Source: Eledone cirrhosa (Eukaryota). Taken from it: 64,000 bases of DNA. The stretch spans positions 10,726,001 to 10,790,000 of the forward strand of contig OZ024758.1 of the NCBI GenBank assembly GCA_964016885.1. The letters are read 5' to 3'. This document shows, piece after piece, positions 13,746 to 27,773 of this stretch (position 1 is its first letter; every line of letters begins with the position of its first letter). The notes under the pieces were generated by a model. That model was not told where the DNA came from, made no database searches, and was given only the letters and a program-made list of their open reading frames with translations. The translations under genes and the position numbers were made by a program.

Positions 13746-14199
13746 GCAAAAGTTCCATTTAAAATTGTTGGGATACAACAAGTAAATATTTTTATAACTG
13801 ATATAAAGCACTCGACAAGTATTTGGAGTAGATATACGATATTAATAAATGGAAACTATATTTATAAAACCATATTTATTTCATTATATATATTTCAGGG
13901 ATACCAAATTAAATTATGGTATGCCTTCATCAGACAAAATACAATATATAACAGTTTTACAAATAAGCTTTGACGTACCCTTTCAAAATGCAACCATTAT
14001 TTTTGGAAGCCATCCGGATAGCTTCCAAAAATAATGGTTGCATTTTGAAAGGTAACGTCAAAGCTTATTTGTAAAACTGTTATATATTGTATTTTGTCTG
14101 ATGAAGGCAAACCATAATTTAATTTGGTATCCCTGAAATATGTATAATGAAATAAATATGGTTTTATAAATATAGTTTCCATTTATTAATATTGTATAT
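13746..14199 (-). mobile_element. Fold-back PLE remnant, family C, with about 180-bp spacer-less inverted arms
   Basis: Symmetry centre at 14015/14016 (atcc|ggat); arms about 13832-14015/14016-14199 with few mismatches; tail 13746-13831; (TA)n flanks. Confidence 0.9.
14091..14153 (+). ncRNA. Type-I hammerhead ribozyme (mirror copy at 13878-13940, - strand)
   Basis: ATTTTGT-CTGATGA-AGG...CCT-GAAA-TATGT-ATA-ATGAAAT: 7-bp stem I with two GU pairs, stem II extended by ACCA/TGGT, AUA triplet. Confidence 0.8.
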
Positions 14200-15263
14200 A
14201 TATATATATATATATATTTATATACTGTTATAGCTGCATTTGTAGTATATATATATATATATTAGACCTACCTTTGTAGTACTTACTTTCATGTAAGTTA
14301 TCTGTGATATTTAAGTTTCCCACAGCCTCAAATCTATGTTGATGCTGTGATGCTGTCCAAATATCTTTAAAATAACAACTTTTCAAAATATTACCCGATA
14401 CTCTTTTTTTCAAAGAGAAAAACATTTGTTTCTCTCATTCTTTCTTTCAATCTGTCTCCCTCTCCCATCATTCTCTCTCCCTATCTCCCTGTATATATAC
14501 ACACATAATAAATGCTTTCATATACAACCCTATGATGCTGTACGCTATCTTAGTGCTACTTCCAATCTCACCAACTTCTGAGATATCTGAGATGTTCACA
14601 GGTCAAAAGAGCAAAAATGTTTTTTTTTGCTTCACAAGGAAGAATTTTATTCTAAGTTTGGTTTGTTCTCCCACACATTAAATATATATTAACTTCAGTC
14701 GTATGTAACATAACTTCCTTACGCCGTACTGGCGATAGAAACATAAAATATCTTTTCAGAACTTGTGTAAAGTGAAATTTTATAAATATTATTACAACTT
14801 TTAAATGTGAAATCAATAACGATGGACGAGTATGACATTGATAAAATAATATATAGGAAACTAACTTTATTGCCATAAAAATATGTCCCAGGATATTTGT
14901 GAAGAAAGAAAATACTAACAAAAGCTATCAAACAGAAATATCCTTTGGATAAAACAAGTACAATACAATAACAAGAAAAAAATAAATACCAATCATATAT
15001 ATACACAAAAATATTTGCAAGAAGAACCTATTCAACCCAAACCTTTGGGAATACTTGTTGTTGTTTTCTTAATCTAATGCTAGCAAGCTATTAAGTGTGA
15101 ATAAACACAAGAAAAGATCCGATCGAAACTGGTTTATTCTAGCGAAATGTCCAATACACAAAGGAAAAATTTTCAAGAGATTGTTATGGTAATGAGTTGT
15201 TCTTCGAAGAAAACGAAAAACGGATTTACGATACACTAAAAATTATACTCAAATTTGGAACCC

Positions 15264-15461
15264 TGGATTATATGTATTGATGAGTTGTAGCTTACTGCTG
15301 CATTATACAAACATATATGTATTGGTGAGTTATACCTCACTGCTGGATTATACAAACCTATATGTATTGGTGAGTAGTATTTCACTGCCGGATTATATGT
15401 ATTGGTGAGTTGTATCTTACTGCTGCATTATACAAACCTATATGTATTGGTGAGTTGTATC
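15264..15461. repeat. Minisatellite, about 46-bp unit (one shorter variant), about 4.5 copies
   Basis: Recurrent tatatgtattggtgagtt.ta.ct.actgctg.attatacaaacc. Confidence 0.9.
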
Positions 15462-16607
15462 CGAACTAATGCAGATATAGTCTGAAAATATCAAAATGAA
15501 ATATTTAAACAAGGAAATTCTCTACGAGCTGAAGTAATGCTTGAAAATACTGAGCTGACGGCGACACATTTTCTAATAACAGCATTGGAACTTAGTGCGG
15601 GTAATTGATATTTGCAGGCTGTCGTATTGTGTACATGTAACCACGAATTGAAACCACAAATCATTGTTATATAGAAGTGTTGTTACATTGGAAATTTTCT
15701 AATTACTCTACTTCTAATAAATCATTTCAAGCCCTGACGTTTTAAAGCCTCAACAATATAATTTGACCCCTAATTGTTTGAGTAGAAACGTTTCTCTTAT
15801 TATCAAAGAGACAAACTCTCAATACATTTCAAAGTTTCTTTTTAAGTTCCATTACTAGTTCAAAGACATATGTGATGCCATGTGGATATGATGATTCCGA
15901 AGACATTTGAATAGATTCCAATGTATAATCAATCATAATATTAAATTATGATGGATGAAAATGAAGTTAAATTGTAAGGTAATATATTTACAATTTTCAC
16001 ATTGATACTAGTAATGTAATAAGACAGTTCAGTTGGATAATTAAGACGGAGTCATGACAGCAAATTGTTGAATCTGATGGTACACCTAACATAAATAATG
16101 ACAATAATTATTGCGAATTATATTCAGAGAATATTATATACAAATGAAATAGCTATGCTATGATCATATTTCCATCGAAAATATTTTAACTATCCAACAG
16201 GATTCTCTATATTTCATCATTGCTGTTGAAATTATTACTGCCTGTCTTCAGTATCCGGTTCCGAATCTGTTATATTTGATTCCAAAACATGTTACCATGT
16301 TACAATGTCAAGCAACTAATTAAGTTCCAGTATTTCATTTTTTTTTGTAACTCTGCCAATATTTTGTTTGGAATAGTTATATGAAATATGAGATATCACA
16401 CGAAGTCGTAGAACATTTATTCATTTTCTCAGGTACATAGTAATGATATTCATAGCAGGTTATATCGACCTTCAGTATTTCACTGACTGCAATTTAAATC
16501 GCTTAGATTTATTACATGTATCAGCATAGAGTTCTACATTAAATCAATAAAACGAATGATACATTGATAATGTCATATATAATGTGTGTGTGTATCTGGA
16601 AGAATGA

Positions 16608-16768
<161 letters not shown>

Positions 16769-16848
16769 TAAAATGTTGATTGCGGTGCCAAGTCTCCCTG
16801 GTCTCAGCACCTTTCTCTTTCTCTCTCTCTCTCTCTCTCTCACGAGAT

Positions 16849-16889
<41 letters not shown>

Positions 16890-17216
16890 CACCGCAATCA
16901 AGATTGTATAATATATATTTCTCTCTCTCTAATATTCACAGACCTCTATATAATCTACGTAAGTTATAATGTACATAAACAAGATATGAAAGCATAAAGA
17001 ACATTTTCTAAGTTTTAGTTTTTTCACACGTGTAAAAGGAAAATAGACATGAATAATACATTTCCATATTCAACTACAAAACTTCAATGGTTCTTAAGAA
17101 CTCCTAAAACCTGGAGACATCCTTCAGATGTCTTTTACGCTCATATATAACATTGTTAAATCTCTTACACATAGGTTTATTATCTAACACGTAAAATCAT
17201 GATGATGATGAATATG

Positions 17217-17253
<37 letters not shown>

Positions 17254-17380
17254 CAAGGTTAAAATATAACTCTATTTGCACCTACAGAGCTGTATAGGAG
17301 AGGTGAGTATGTGTGTTTGCGAGTGTATATATATATATAGAGAGAGAGAGATATATGTATTATGTATGTATATGAATATG

Positions 17381-17509
<129 letters not shown>

Positions 17510-17816
17510 GAGTAAAACGTTCATAGATTGAGAAAATATAAGTGATAGCTAAGTCTAATAAAAAGAGACAAATACCCTTTATCACTTATCGTATTTTTGA
17601 TTGTAGCGAAAGTCAGGTTGTGCCAAAAGCAATTAATAATTGAGACCGAACGAAGTTGTGAAAAAATAAACACAACAACAACGAATGCGAACACCATTTC
17701 CACTTCTTACGTTATGGAAATACCCTAATACATCTGAAACACTTGCCTAAGATGCCATGCAAAGTGATCTAACCAGAAATCACGTGGGTGCGAAACGAAC
17801 GTCTAATGTATTCAGT

Positions 17817-17908
<92 letters not shown>

Positions 17909-18042
17909 TATAAACATTGATTGCCAAATAAATTAACTATGGAGATATAAAAGATACAGAAGCGAAAACCAGCCAAACAGTGAGTGTGTTCTATTATTAT
18001 TTCTGGCAATATTATTACAACAATATGACCCTCCCCAAGTAT

Positions 18043-18096
<54 letters not shown>

Positions 18097-18984
18097 GTGT
18101 GTGTTGTCTCTTTACTGGAAAAGACTAGCGTATTGCGTGCGATGGCATGGAATTCTAATATTTGCTTTCTGTGTAAGGTTAAACAAACAACGACATTTCT
18201 ATTCAGCATCTTATTTACACCTTCTTTGAATTTTTGTATTAGTTTTGGTTTTGAAATCTGACATTTTCGAGACGTAGTCCACCTGGATAATATCCAACAA
18301 CGACTAATTCTAAATTTGGCACAAGATTATTCGTGTCAGTGTGAAGATCATATCAATGAACAGAGGTCTTGGTTACCGGTAAATTGGTGTGGTTTGTGTG
18401 AAGTTGTGTGAATGGATATTTTAAATACTCTTCTCTTGGTTTACTTCAACACACTTCTTTAAGTCGATTATATGAATTTACGTGTTATATTCAAGTCATT
18501 GATTAAGATTTTTGTCCAGGCTTTCTAGAATGTTATCGTTAAGTATAGCCAGTATCACTTTTTCCCACATTCATAGTGGGATTATTATTTCAACGATCAG
18601 TGCCCAATAGATTCCTATTTCAAGAGAAGTCAATCTTCTGAGAAAACGGATGAAATATCTAAGCTTCATCATAAACATTTCATCTTGTATGAATAAGCGG
18701 ATTTAATGTTTTGGTTTACCTTGAACAGTCAAGTCCAAAACATATGTTTAGTAGTAAATATCTAAAATGTTCATTATCTTACGTCAAAATAAAACAACTT
18801 GATGTGCTACAACCTCAACAAAATGAAATCAATGTGGATTATAGGGAGACCTATAAGAAAATATACATACTTAAGAATATAACACATATACTTACACACA
18901 CATTTCCATCTATATATTATGTGTATATATGTATGTGCATGATCAAACGTATTTCTTATATTGTGAACAAAAAATGCACATGTA

Positions 18985-19240
18985 AGAATTTCTTGTCCGG
19001 TCTTCCAGCTTCACGGCAACGGGCCATTATTCTCTTCCATCTTTTTCTGTCCTTGTTCATGCCACAGCATCAGAGATCTTCTTTGGCCTACCCTTTGGTC
19101 ATTTTTTTCACCATCACCAGCTGGTAACCTTGTTATTGAAGTTCATTCTGAGATATTGTCCTCCGTTCGTAGGAAATGCCCTGCCAGTTGCATTCCTCTG
19201 CTCTCAAACACAAGACTTTGATGTGTAGCATTGTCTCCCC
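18985..19240 (-). mobile_element. Decayed RTE-like LINE 3' coding fragment
   Basis: Minus-strand translation contains MQLAGHFLR and KDRKRWK, typical of the RTE ORF C-terminus; stops present. Confidence 0.6.
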
Positions 19241-19248
19241 TATAGATA

Positions 19249-19728
19249 TATTTCTTTATTTACCATAAAGGCATAAAAAGAAGGGACAAATAGAAAGGGG
19301 GAGTTTACATATAATCGAGTAAAAAGGGTGTAACATGAAAATAATCGAAAATAACCTCAAAAGGGAGGGGACGTTATGGGGGTTGCACACACCCCCGAAA
19401 AAGTGTGCAATCCTTTGCCCGGGGAGCACATGGAGAAGGTGCTCCCCTCTCCTTTACTTCTTTACCTACAGGATGGTATACAGAGAAGGCCCATTTACAC
19501 GAGCCATTCTCGCCACTATCACCCACCTTTCATAAAACTGCCTGTGGCCAAGCACCTCTCTCTCTCCATTCTTATCCTTCTTCCGAAGTGATATCGGAAG
19601 AAGTAGACCAGACTATGGCCAGAGAGGAAGTTGCCTGACCTCAGACCTTTCAATCGTGTCCACCAAACAACCTCTTTCAACATGGCTATTACGCACAGAA
19701 AAACCGCCTTTGCTTCCTTTGTGAAGAG
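19249..19728 (-). mobile_element. 5'-truncated L1/Tx1-like LINE 3' end with 16-bp target-site duplication
   Basis: Direct repeat gtctcccctatagata at 19233-19248 and 19729-19744; peptide LCVIAMLKEVVWWTR...(frameshift)FYERW resembles the K..IW..R / F...W C-terminus of L1/Tx1 ORF2; ends in AATAAAGAAA. Confidence 0.7.
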
Positions 19729-20096
19729 GTCTCCCCTATAGATAGATAGACAGACATACAGGCAGCTAGATAGATACAAAATATAGATATTGACAGAGAG
19801 GAAGATAGATAGATTGATAGACAGACAACGTATGGGTTTATAAGTCATTAGGAAGAGAGCTGTTTTAATTGCAGTCTCCAGCAAATCTATTAAACATTTA
19901 TTGGATTTGAATGTAAGACATTTGGTATGTTTAATATATTCATTATAAATTAATATATTTCTTTAAACATATACTCATAAACTCTGTCTACCAATTTACA
20001 AACATTAATCAAAGTATAATTCACAAGAGTGCTCAATGTATCATAATAGGTAATAATACTGAAGTGGAATTGAGTTATTAGTCTCTTAGTCTCTTA

Positions 20097-20282
20097 GGCG
20101 GTGGATTGGCAGTATCGGTAGAGCGTCGGACGCCATGCTTTGCAGCATAGAGTTACGTCCCTTTACGATCTGAGTTCAAATCCCGCCGAGGTTGACTTTG
20201 CCTTTCATCCTTACGGGGTCGATAAAATAAAGTACCAGTAATGCACTGGGTATTTGCTGGCCTTGTGCCTAAAAGTAGAAAT
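20097..20282 (+). mobile_element. Full-length tRNA-derived SINE family S1 with TSD
   Basis: GGCGGTGG start, A box TGGCAGTATCGG, B box GTTCAAATCC; flanking direct repeat agttattagtctctta at 20073-20088 and 20283-20298. Confidence 0.92.
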
Positions 20283-20605
20283 AGTTATTAGTCTCTTAAA
20301 AGAAATGTAATGGAAAAAATATTTTGATATATTACCTTCATCAAAATCTGATTACAGATTACTACTACAATAAGGATTTACAATTCTTCTCTGTAAAACA
20401 AATGTTTTCCATGCCACCAGGTGAGAGAAAAGAACAACCTACCGTGTCTTGTTAACATATAACTGCCGGTCAGGTGGTGTGAGATGTTCTTCTTATTCTG
20501 TCTTTCTTCTCCTAGAAAGATGTCTTAACACGAACTAGGGATCTCTCATACCCGGTAGGTTAACCGCGCTTTCGGGCACCAAACCTAGTATTTACATACA
20601 TATGC

Positions 20606-20670
<65 letters not shown>

Positions 20671-20732
20671 CATACAAGTAAATTGCGCGCGCTTTATATA
20701 CGGGTAGTTTCTTTTTCTCTCTCTTCTCTCTC

Positions 20733-20774
<42 letters not shown>

Positions 20775-23153
20775 CCTCTCTCTCTCTCTCTCTCTCTTCT
20801 CATCTCTGTCTTTCTCCCTATCTATCATTGATTACACGTAAACAACTTTATATTAAAAATATGTCTAATTTATTTTAAATATCTATCCAACTAATGAAAC
20901 ATCTACTCATATTTTTTAATTGCAAGAAATCAATATTTCGGACAAATCACTGAATGTTTGCCTCTAGTATTTGAAATGTTTTCCATCTCGTATTTGATAG
21001 GTTTGTTCGCTGGCGGTGTATTAATTCTAGTATTTCGTCTCTATGAGTGCTATTAGAATGAAAGTTTAGACTGAAAACAAAGCTTGAAGTAGTTGATTGT
21101 TATTTAAAATCATTCAAGTGAACCTATTTTAGCCAATCATTTCCCGAAGTTGTTTGACATTAGCTAAGACTTAGTTACTTTCACCTTAAGATACACAAAA
21201 GATTCTCATTGATATATTAATTCTCATTGATATATTTATACTAATATATCCGGAATTAGATCATCTTAAGTATCTCAGAACTTGCCATTTATCGGGATAT
21301 AATCGGAGTGCCTTTCGATAAGATGACACGAACAAATAACGACTGAATTTAGAAAAATATCTTATTTCTTGTATTCCAATATATATACATTTCACTACAT
21401 TTAGAAACGTGACAAAATATTGAAATGTCTGGAAAGTAACTATTGTTTTATTATTTGACATTATATCTCTGTTGGTTTCTGCAATAACAGCGAAAGCAGC
21501 ATTTGTATGTTAGGAAAACTAGAAATTGAAGGAAACGATTTTGGATTTTATTCCCCAAAGTAAAAGTAAAGAATTTTGACAGAATTTTATGTTAAAGATG
21601 ATTTCCATTAATACTAAATTTGTCTAGACTATCATTTAATGAGAGCTATATATTATGTTTGTGTTTTGTCCGGTGTTTCTTGCAGCAATTTATTTAAGTA
21701 TGCTCGTAAAATTATATATAAACAGCGACTTTATACCAAAAGATTAACTATGAACACATCGTCCCAACTTGATCTATGCACCTCCTGCATACCAAAAAAT
21801 CATGTGGCGACCTACATGATACTGATGACTCTCACACCAGCAATATTGGGCAGTTACCGTCGACGTACAAGGCGATTTACTCAAGAAAAAGTATAAGTGT
21901 TGAGTAATTTCCAAAGTATATTATTCTTGACAGAGAAGGATAAGGGTTCCATGTCGGATCTAAAATGCGAATAAGGATGATGAGAGAAAGAGGAACACGT
22001 AGGTCAGTGGAATATGTTTCTATAGCAGATATACTAAACTAGTTCACTTGACCAGAGATCATTTAGTAGCAATAGTAGAGGCAGAATGGGAAACTGTGCA
22101 AGAGTGGCCGTAGGGAAGGATATCTGTGCGCATCACATGGATAGGATCTGTACTTCAATGATGCATAGACAGAAGACTAGAACTTTTGGAGGAATATGGA
22201 ACAGTCGATTATAACAACCCCAGCACTTGCCTATACTTTGTTATTGACTTCGCATACATAAAAGATATAAATACCCGACGGCATCTTGTTCCCCGTTCTA
22301 ACAACTCTACCTTTATAGATTTGAACATTTAACAACAGACCACATAATTATAGATATACAGTATAGTATTGTGAGAAAGATGATGTTTATCTCAAACCTA
22401 TTTCCAATCAAAAGAAACATTGTTTATTGAAACATGTTGACTAAGTTTAGGCGAAGGGATGTCTACGGAATCTATTACATTTTAAATAGCATATTGATTT
22501 ATTAATGTTAAATACCATATTTCTTTTAGACTGTCATATTTATTTAGATTGGAAAAACAAATCCGTACAAACGTAGAGGAAATTGTGAGACAGCCATACC
22601 TTTCTGTAAACCGACGTAAATGATATAAAAATGCGATAAACCAAAATAAAAGTTCGATCGAGGATTTTGCCCTACAAATAATCTACTACTGAAAGAGACT
22701 CGAGTTTCTTATAATATATTAATGTGAGTAAATCATTTTTTTTCTTGAGTTGTCTTGACAAGTTAAATATATAAACATGTTATTGTTTGTATTAGTCGAA
22801 GTATAAACTTCTGTGGTCTGGATGATTCATATCATTATAAATAGTATTATTTCATAGACATATATCTCACTCTATAAATAAATATTCATAAATTTATGCA
22901 ATAAATAAATAGTTCTCAATCGATTTCTGGTCCATGTCCCATCGCATCTCAACAAATTTAATGCAATATAAAGATATATATGATGTTAAAATGATATAAA
23001 GTAAAATGTACAAAAGTTACTCCTCAAAGTATTCAAGTTTTTCTCCAGTGAGCGAGCGCTCAACTTTTAGTTTCATTGCATTAAAAGTTATTGTACCTTA
23101 AATGGACGCATCATGATCGAATGTTTTCAGAAGTTTGTTTTGAAATTAGGATT

Positions 23154-23277
23154 GGCTGGAATTGAACTCACTGTGTGAAATCTTCAGCAACTGTCGTTAG
23201 CTAATAGGGGCTAACAGTTGCTGAAGATTTCACACAGTGAGTTCAATTCCAGCCTAACATTTAGCTAATAGGGGCTA
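23154..23277. repeat. 41-bp inverted duplication bracketed by a 17-bp direct repeat
   Basis: 23154-23194 is the reverse complement of 23214-23254; ttagctaataggggcta at 23197-23213 and 23261-23277. Confidence 0.92.
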
Positions 23278-23438
23278 TTAAAGAGATCGGGTAGATAAAA
23301 ATATTGTGGAAGACTCTTGGATAGATTATACTCGTAATTCAAAAGTCAAAACTTTAATTTAACATTTCAAATGTATGTATGTATGTGTATATTATGTGTG
23401 TAGATACGTATATATATATATATATATATGCGTATATC

Positions 23439-23476
23439 ACTTTTAACGTGATATATGCATATATCACGTTAAAAGT
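23439..23476. repeat. Perfect 38-bp palindrome
   Basis: acttttaacgtgatatatg|catatatcacgttaaaagt, next to a (TA)n run. Confidence 0.92.
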
Positions 23477-23793
23477 ATTTGGTGCAGACATAACTTCGTA
23501 ATTTAGAAAGAACCAAAGTAATATCTGACATTAATATTTTCAACTTTAAACATACACCCCCGCTCCTCACAGACTCCCCTCCCCCCGCCACATATGCATT
23601 AGTAAACATAATTTAATGTAACTTAGAAAGCATATCACTTCTCTTAAGCTGGTAATGTTTTCTAAAAAGTCATGTACGCCATGTAATATGAAGAAGGCGA
23701 CTTGAAACGTTTGGTGTCACAAGTTGTAGAATGAGAGCCAGCAACCACTCTGCTACACTCTATATTTAAATATTATGACAACTTGTAATTCTC

Positions 23794-23796
<3 letters not shown>

Positions 23797-23837
<41 letters not shown>

Positions 23838-23898
23838 ATGTATATATATGTATGTATATGTATATATATGTATATGTATATATATGTATATATATATG

Positions 23899-23931
<33 letters not shown>

Positions 23932-23932
23932 G

Positions 23933-23963
<31 letters not shown>

Positions 23964-23998
23964 GTATATATATGTATATATATATATATATATGTATG

Positions 23999-24029
<31 letters not shown>

Positions 24030-24032
24030 ATG

Positions 24033-24070
<38 letters not shown>

Positions 24071-24096
24071 TATATGTATGTATATGTATGTATATG

Positions 24097-24134
<38 letters not shown>

Positions 24135-24320
24135 TATATGTATGTATATATATGTATATATATGTATATATATGTATATATATGTATGTATATATATGTA
24201 TATGTATGTATATATATGTATATATATGTATATATATGTATATATATGTATGTATATATATGTATATATATGTATATATATGTATATATATATATATGTG
24301 TATATATATGTATATATATG

Positions 24321-24351
<31 letters not shown>

Positions 24352-24485
24352 GTATATATATGTATATATATATATATGTATATATATGTATATATATGTA
24401 TATATATATATATGTATATATATGTATATATATATATATGTATATATATGTATATATGTATGTATATATATATATATATATAATG

Positions 24486-24525
<40 letters not shown>

Positions 24526-24607
24526 GTATATATATATGTATATATATGTATATATGTATGTATATATATATATATAATGTATACATATATATATATATAT
24601 ATATATA

Positions 24608-24642
<35 letters not shown>
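23797..24642. repeat. About 850-bp (TA)n array interrupted by TG
   Basis: Direct reading. Confidence 0.95.
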
Positions 24643-24645
<3 letters not shown>

Positions 24646-24686
24646 ATAATAATAAATTTGAAGACTAAAATCTGTTATTTTAATAA

Positions 24687-24734
<48 letters not shown>

Positions 24735-25336
24735 ACCGAGATATATGGGTGGGTGGGGTGAAGGGGGGGAGATAGATAGAGAGATATAGGGGAGGTAGAT
24801 AGATACACACACACACACACATACACACAAACATAAGTATAGGACAGACGGTCTTGTCGCAATTTATTCTGCAACCTGTAAGTCGTATGCCAATATATAT
24901 ATATATGCTACATCAACTATATTATGATATATGTTCACTGAATAGTGTTAAATTAACTGCAACCATCGTTGAAGTCCAATGCTGCTACACCAAGAAGATT
25001 GTTTCAGTGAAACTGGTGAGTTACAGACGTGAAGGAACTACATACTTACTCTTTAATAAGATTTCAAGTCCTTCACACACACACACGGATACAAAAGCTT
25101 GGGTACTGAGTCCGTACTCTGTACTGGAGTCTCTGATAGTTTCGTGTTTTATAACATAAAGCCCTCATCCAGTTGACTCATCTGAGGTTGATCAACCTTC
25201 AGCTTATGACTGTCCATGTGGCATAAATAGTGGAAGCAGGATGAGATCCATCAAAAGGCAATGTGGAAGTAACAAGATGACATCTAGAAGGCTATGGCTG
25301 ACGAGATGTGACCAGTGAGATTATCAGTAGTAATAA

Positions 25337-25533
25337 TTGTTTCTACTATTAGCACAAAGCCAGCAATTATTCCAGTGCATTACTGGTACTTTATTTAATC
25401 GACCCCCGTAAGGATGAAAGGCAAAGTTAACCTCGGCGGGATTTGAAGGTAAACTTTGCTTTTCATCCTTACGGGGTCGATAAAATAAAGTACCAGTAAT
25501 GCACTGGAATAATTGCTGGCATTGAGCCAATAG
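25337..25533. mobile_element. Head-to-head fold-back of two 5'-truncated S1 SINE halves
   Basis: 25337-25447 is minus-strand SINE ending at the B box; 25452-25533 is plus-strand SINE body. Confidence 0.88.
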
Positions 25534-26566
25534 TCTAAAGTCTGTCTTGAGCCAGAAGGCTCATTTGGCCGGTGCTTATCCCGTTTTCATGGCGTGAATT
25601 GACTGAGAGTACAAGACTAGATTTTATAGTTTTGTATTCAAAGGAAGGCTTTTATTCTTTAACCTAGAGACAGTCGCTGATTCTCATAAATTCTTCTTAA
25701 TTTTGTAAATATAATTCTTAAAACTTCCTCGTATAAAACTTGCTGTTAATGTATCTTATTCGATATTGGATACAATTTTTCCATTAAGTGTTTCTCTTGA
25801 TCTAACTGAAGCCATTTTACACATAATTTTGAATTTACACTACAAGATGTACATTATTCTGTTTGTAATTTTTGATTCACACTTTACGTTTGGTAGTAAT
25901 ATGTTATATGATTAGACAATTAGATTTTAAAACCATAGCAATTTAGGCGGACCTATTTGCATTTTACAATTTACTTTGTTGGTTTTCTCGCGTTTCTTTT
26001 TTTTGTATTAGACATTTCCTATTTGGCATCTAATCATACTGCATTACGACGTAAATTTTCAATTGTATGAAATAACATCTTAATAAGTTTATTTGCATAT
26101 AGAAGCTATTTTAACGAGTTTCTCTGGCCATGTAAATAACTGCTATATCATTCAGAGTGGATATTGATTGAATGATAAGCAATGTTATAATATCGATATG
26201 ATAAACGATCTGAATAGCTAATAACTTTAATAATTAGCAGAACATAATAAATGAACGGATTGTCTGTAATCGAAAATGTAGTTACTACGTATAATCAGTA
26301 ATTACACAGGCGTCATTGAAAAGGCTTCTATGTCATCACATGACCTAATAAAAATAGGAACGAAATCTCTTCCTAACCTCACCCTACACAACTGACATGA
26401 TTGATGTATAAATAACTAAATACTGCTTCAACTGAGATTTATACTTCTGTATATTAAACTATAAATAAAGAGAAGTATTGCATACCTGATGCACATTTGC
26501 TATATACAGAAAACAAAACAAATGTATGTAAAATATTTGTGTATCCTTCAGTATTAAACAGGAAAA

Positions 26567-26760
26567 GGCGGTGGATTGTTAGTAACTGCAGGACGTCGAA
26601 CATGCGGTTTAGAGTAACGGCCGTTTATATTCTGAGTTCAAATCCCACCGAAATTAGCTTTGCCTTTTTTTTCTTACGGGGATCGATAACATAAAGTACC
26701 AGTAACGCACTGGGTTTGAAATATTCGACCCGCCCCTCAAAATTGTTGGCCCTTGTGCAA
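26567..26760 (+). mobile_element. Diverged S1-related SINE
   Basis: GGCGGTGGATTG start, GAGTTCAAATCCC B box, cttacggggatcgataa...aagtaccagtaa.gcactggg body. Confidence 0.8.
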
Positions 26761-26814
26761 TACATATATATGCTACAAATCACTACAAGAGTAATATTTT
26801 CTTCTTCTTCACTA

Positions 26815-27064
26815 ACTTATTTCTGAAAGGGTCCTCAAACACTCCTTCCAGCGGGTCATCTCAGAAGCAACCGCCCCTAACTGATCTGACTGGATCCCCA
26901 AGCGAAACCAGCCAAGCTCATGGTTGTTATCCAACTGTCTTGCTCAGGGTCTACTCCTGGGTCTCTTGCCGGTTGGTTTTACCTGTAAAATCTGTCCAGC
27001 GATTCTTTCCTGAGACATTCTAACCACATTCCGATAGTATCGGAGCTGTGATTTCTCAATTCGA
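26815..27064 (-). mobile_element. RTE-clade LINE 3' fragment (pseudogenised)
   Basis: Translation RIEKSQLRYYRNVVRMSQERIAGQILQVKPTGKRPRSRP*ARQLDNNHELGWFRLGIQ matches the RTE C-terminal pattern (QLRW.GH..RM...R......G.R.RGRP...W). Confidence 0.85.
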
Positions 27065-27773
27065 GTAATATGAAATGGATTTAATATTTAACTATATTTG
27101 CAAATTATATTAAGCCATTAATTTAGAAGTAGTCATTTGGTAAAGTTGTGACGAATCATATCGATAGAAATGAAATGAAACTAATCTGGTCTTAGGGATT
27201 TCAATTGTAATTCTAATATAAAGAAAATCCGCAATTCAATTGAATGTTAGTTGCGCAGTGATGCATTAGTTTCTTCGATATTACTCAAAGAAGAAAAGAA
27301 TAATAACTGAATGTATTCCGTAAATACTGGATACATTAGTCATACGGACATCTGTAAATGTCAGTTATGGATTCATAATCACAAAAGGGCTTGTCATTTT
27401 GAGATAATTACTAAACGATGTTCTAGAAAACAAAAAGAGCCCTGATTTTTAAGTAAAATTAATTCTCCTTCGTTGTCGTTATAATACTTTAAACCCAAAC
27501 ATTTTAATGCACAATCAATTTATGTAAATTTCAATTAAAAAGTGATGAGGAAATTTAAGGAAACACAAATGAGCCAATATTAAAATATTCCTATAAATCA
27601 CTATAGGAGCTTCGGCTTATTCTTAAAGCAACTTTTGTGGTCTGCTTCTCTAAGTTTTATTCGAACACAATTTATAATAATTAAAAAGAAATCTCCATAC
27701 ATTGTGTATTTACCAGCAGACTCGTACGGGAAACGTAATCTATTTATAACTTTGGAAAGTTAATATAAATAAT

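Noticed and set aside
13849-14182. Two near-identical 61-aa ORFs on opposite strands (also the [12 protein letters not shown] peptides of family A)
   Set aside because: Consequence of DNA palindromes and repeat copies, with no coding signature.
15264-15461. CRISPR-like regular repeats
   Set aside because: No unique spacers, eukaryotic context, no cas genes; ordinary minisatellite.
20534-20588. ACTAG...CCCG...CGGG...CTAGT, Helitron-end-like
   Set aside because: Hairpin weak and no second copy in the window.
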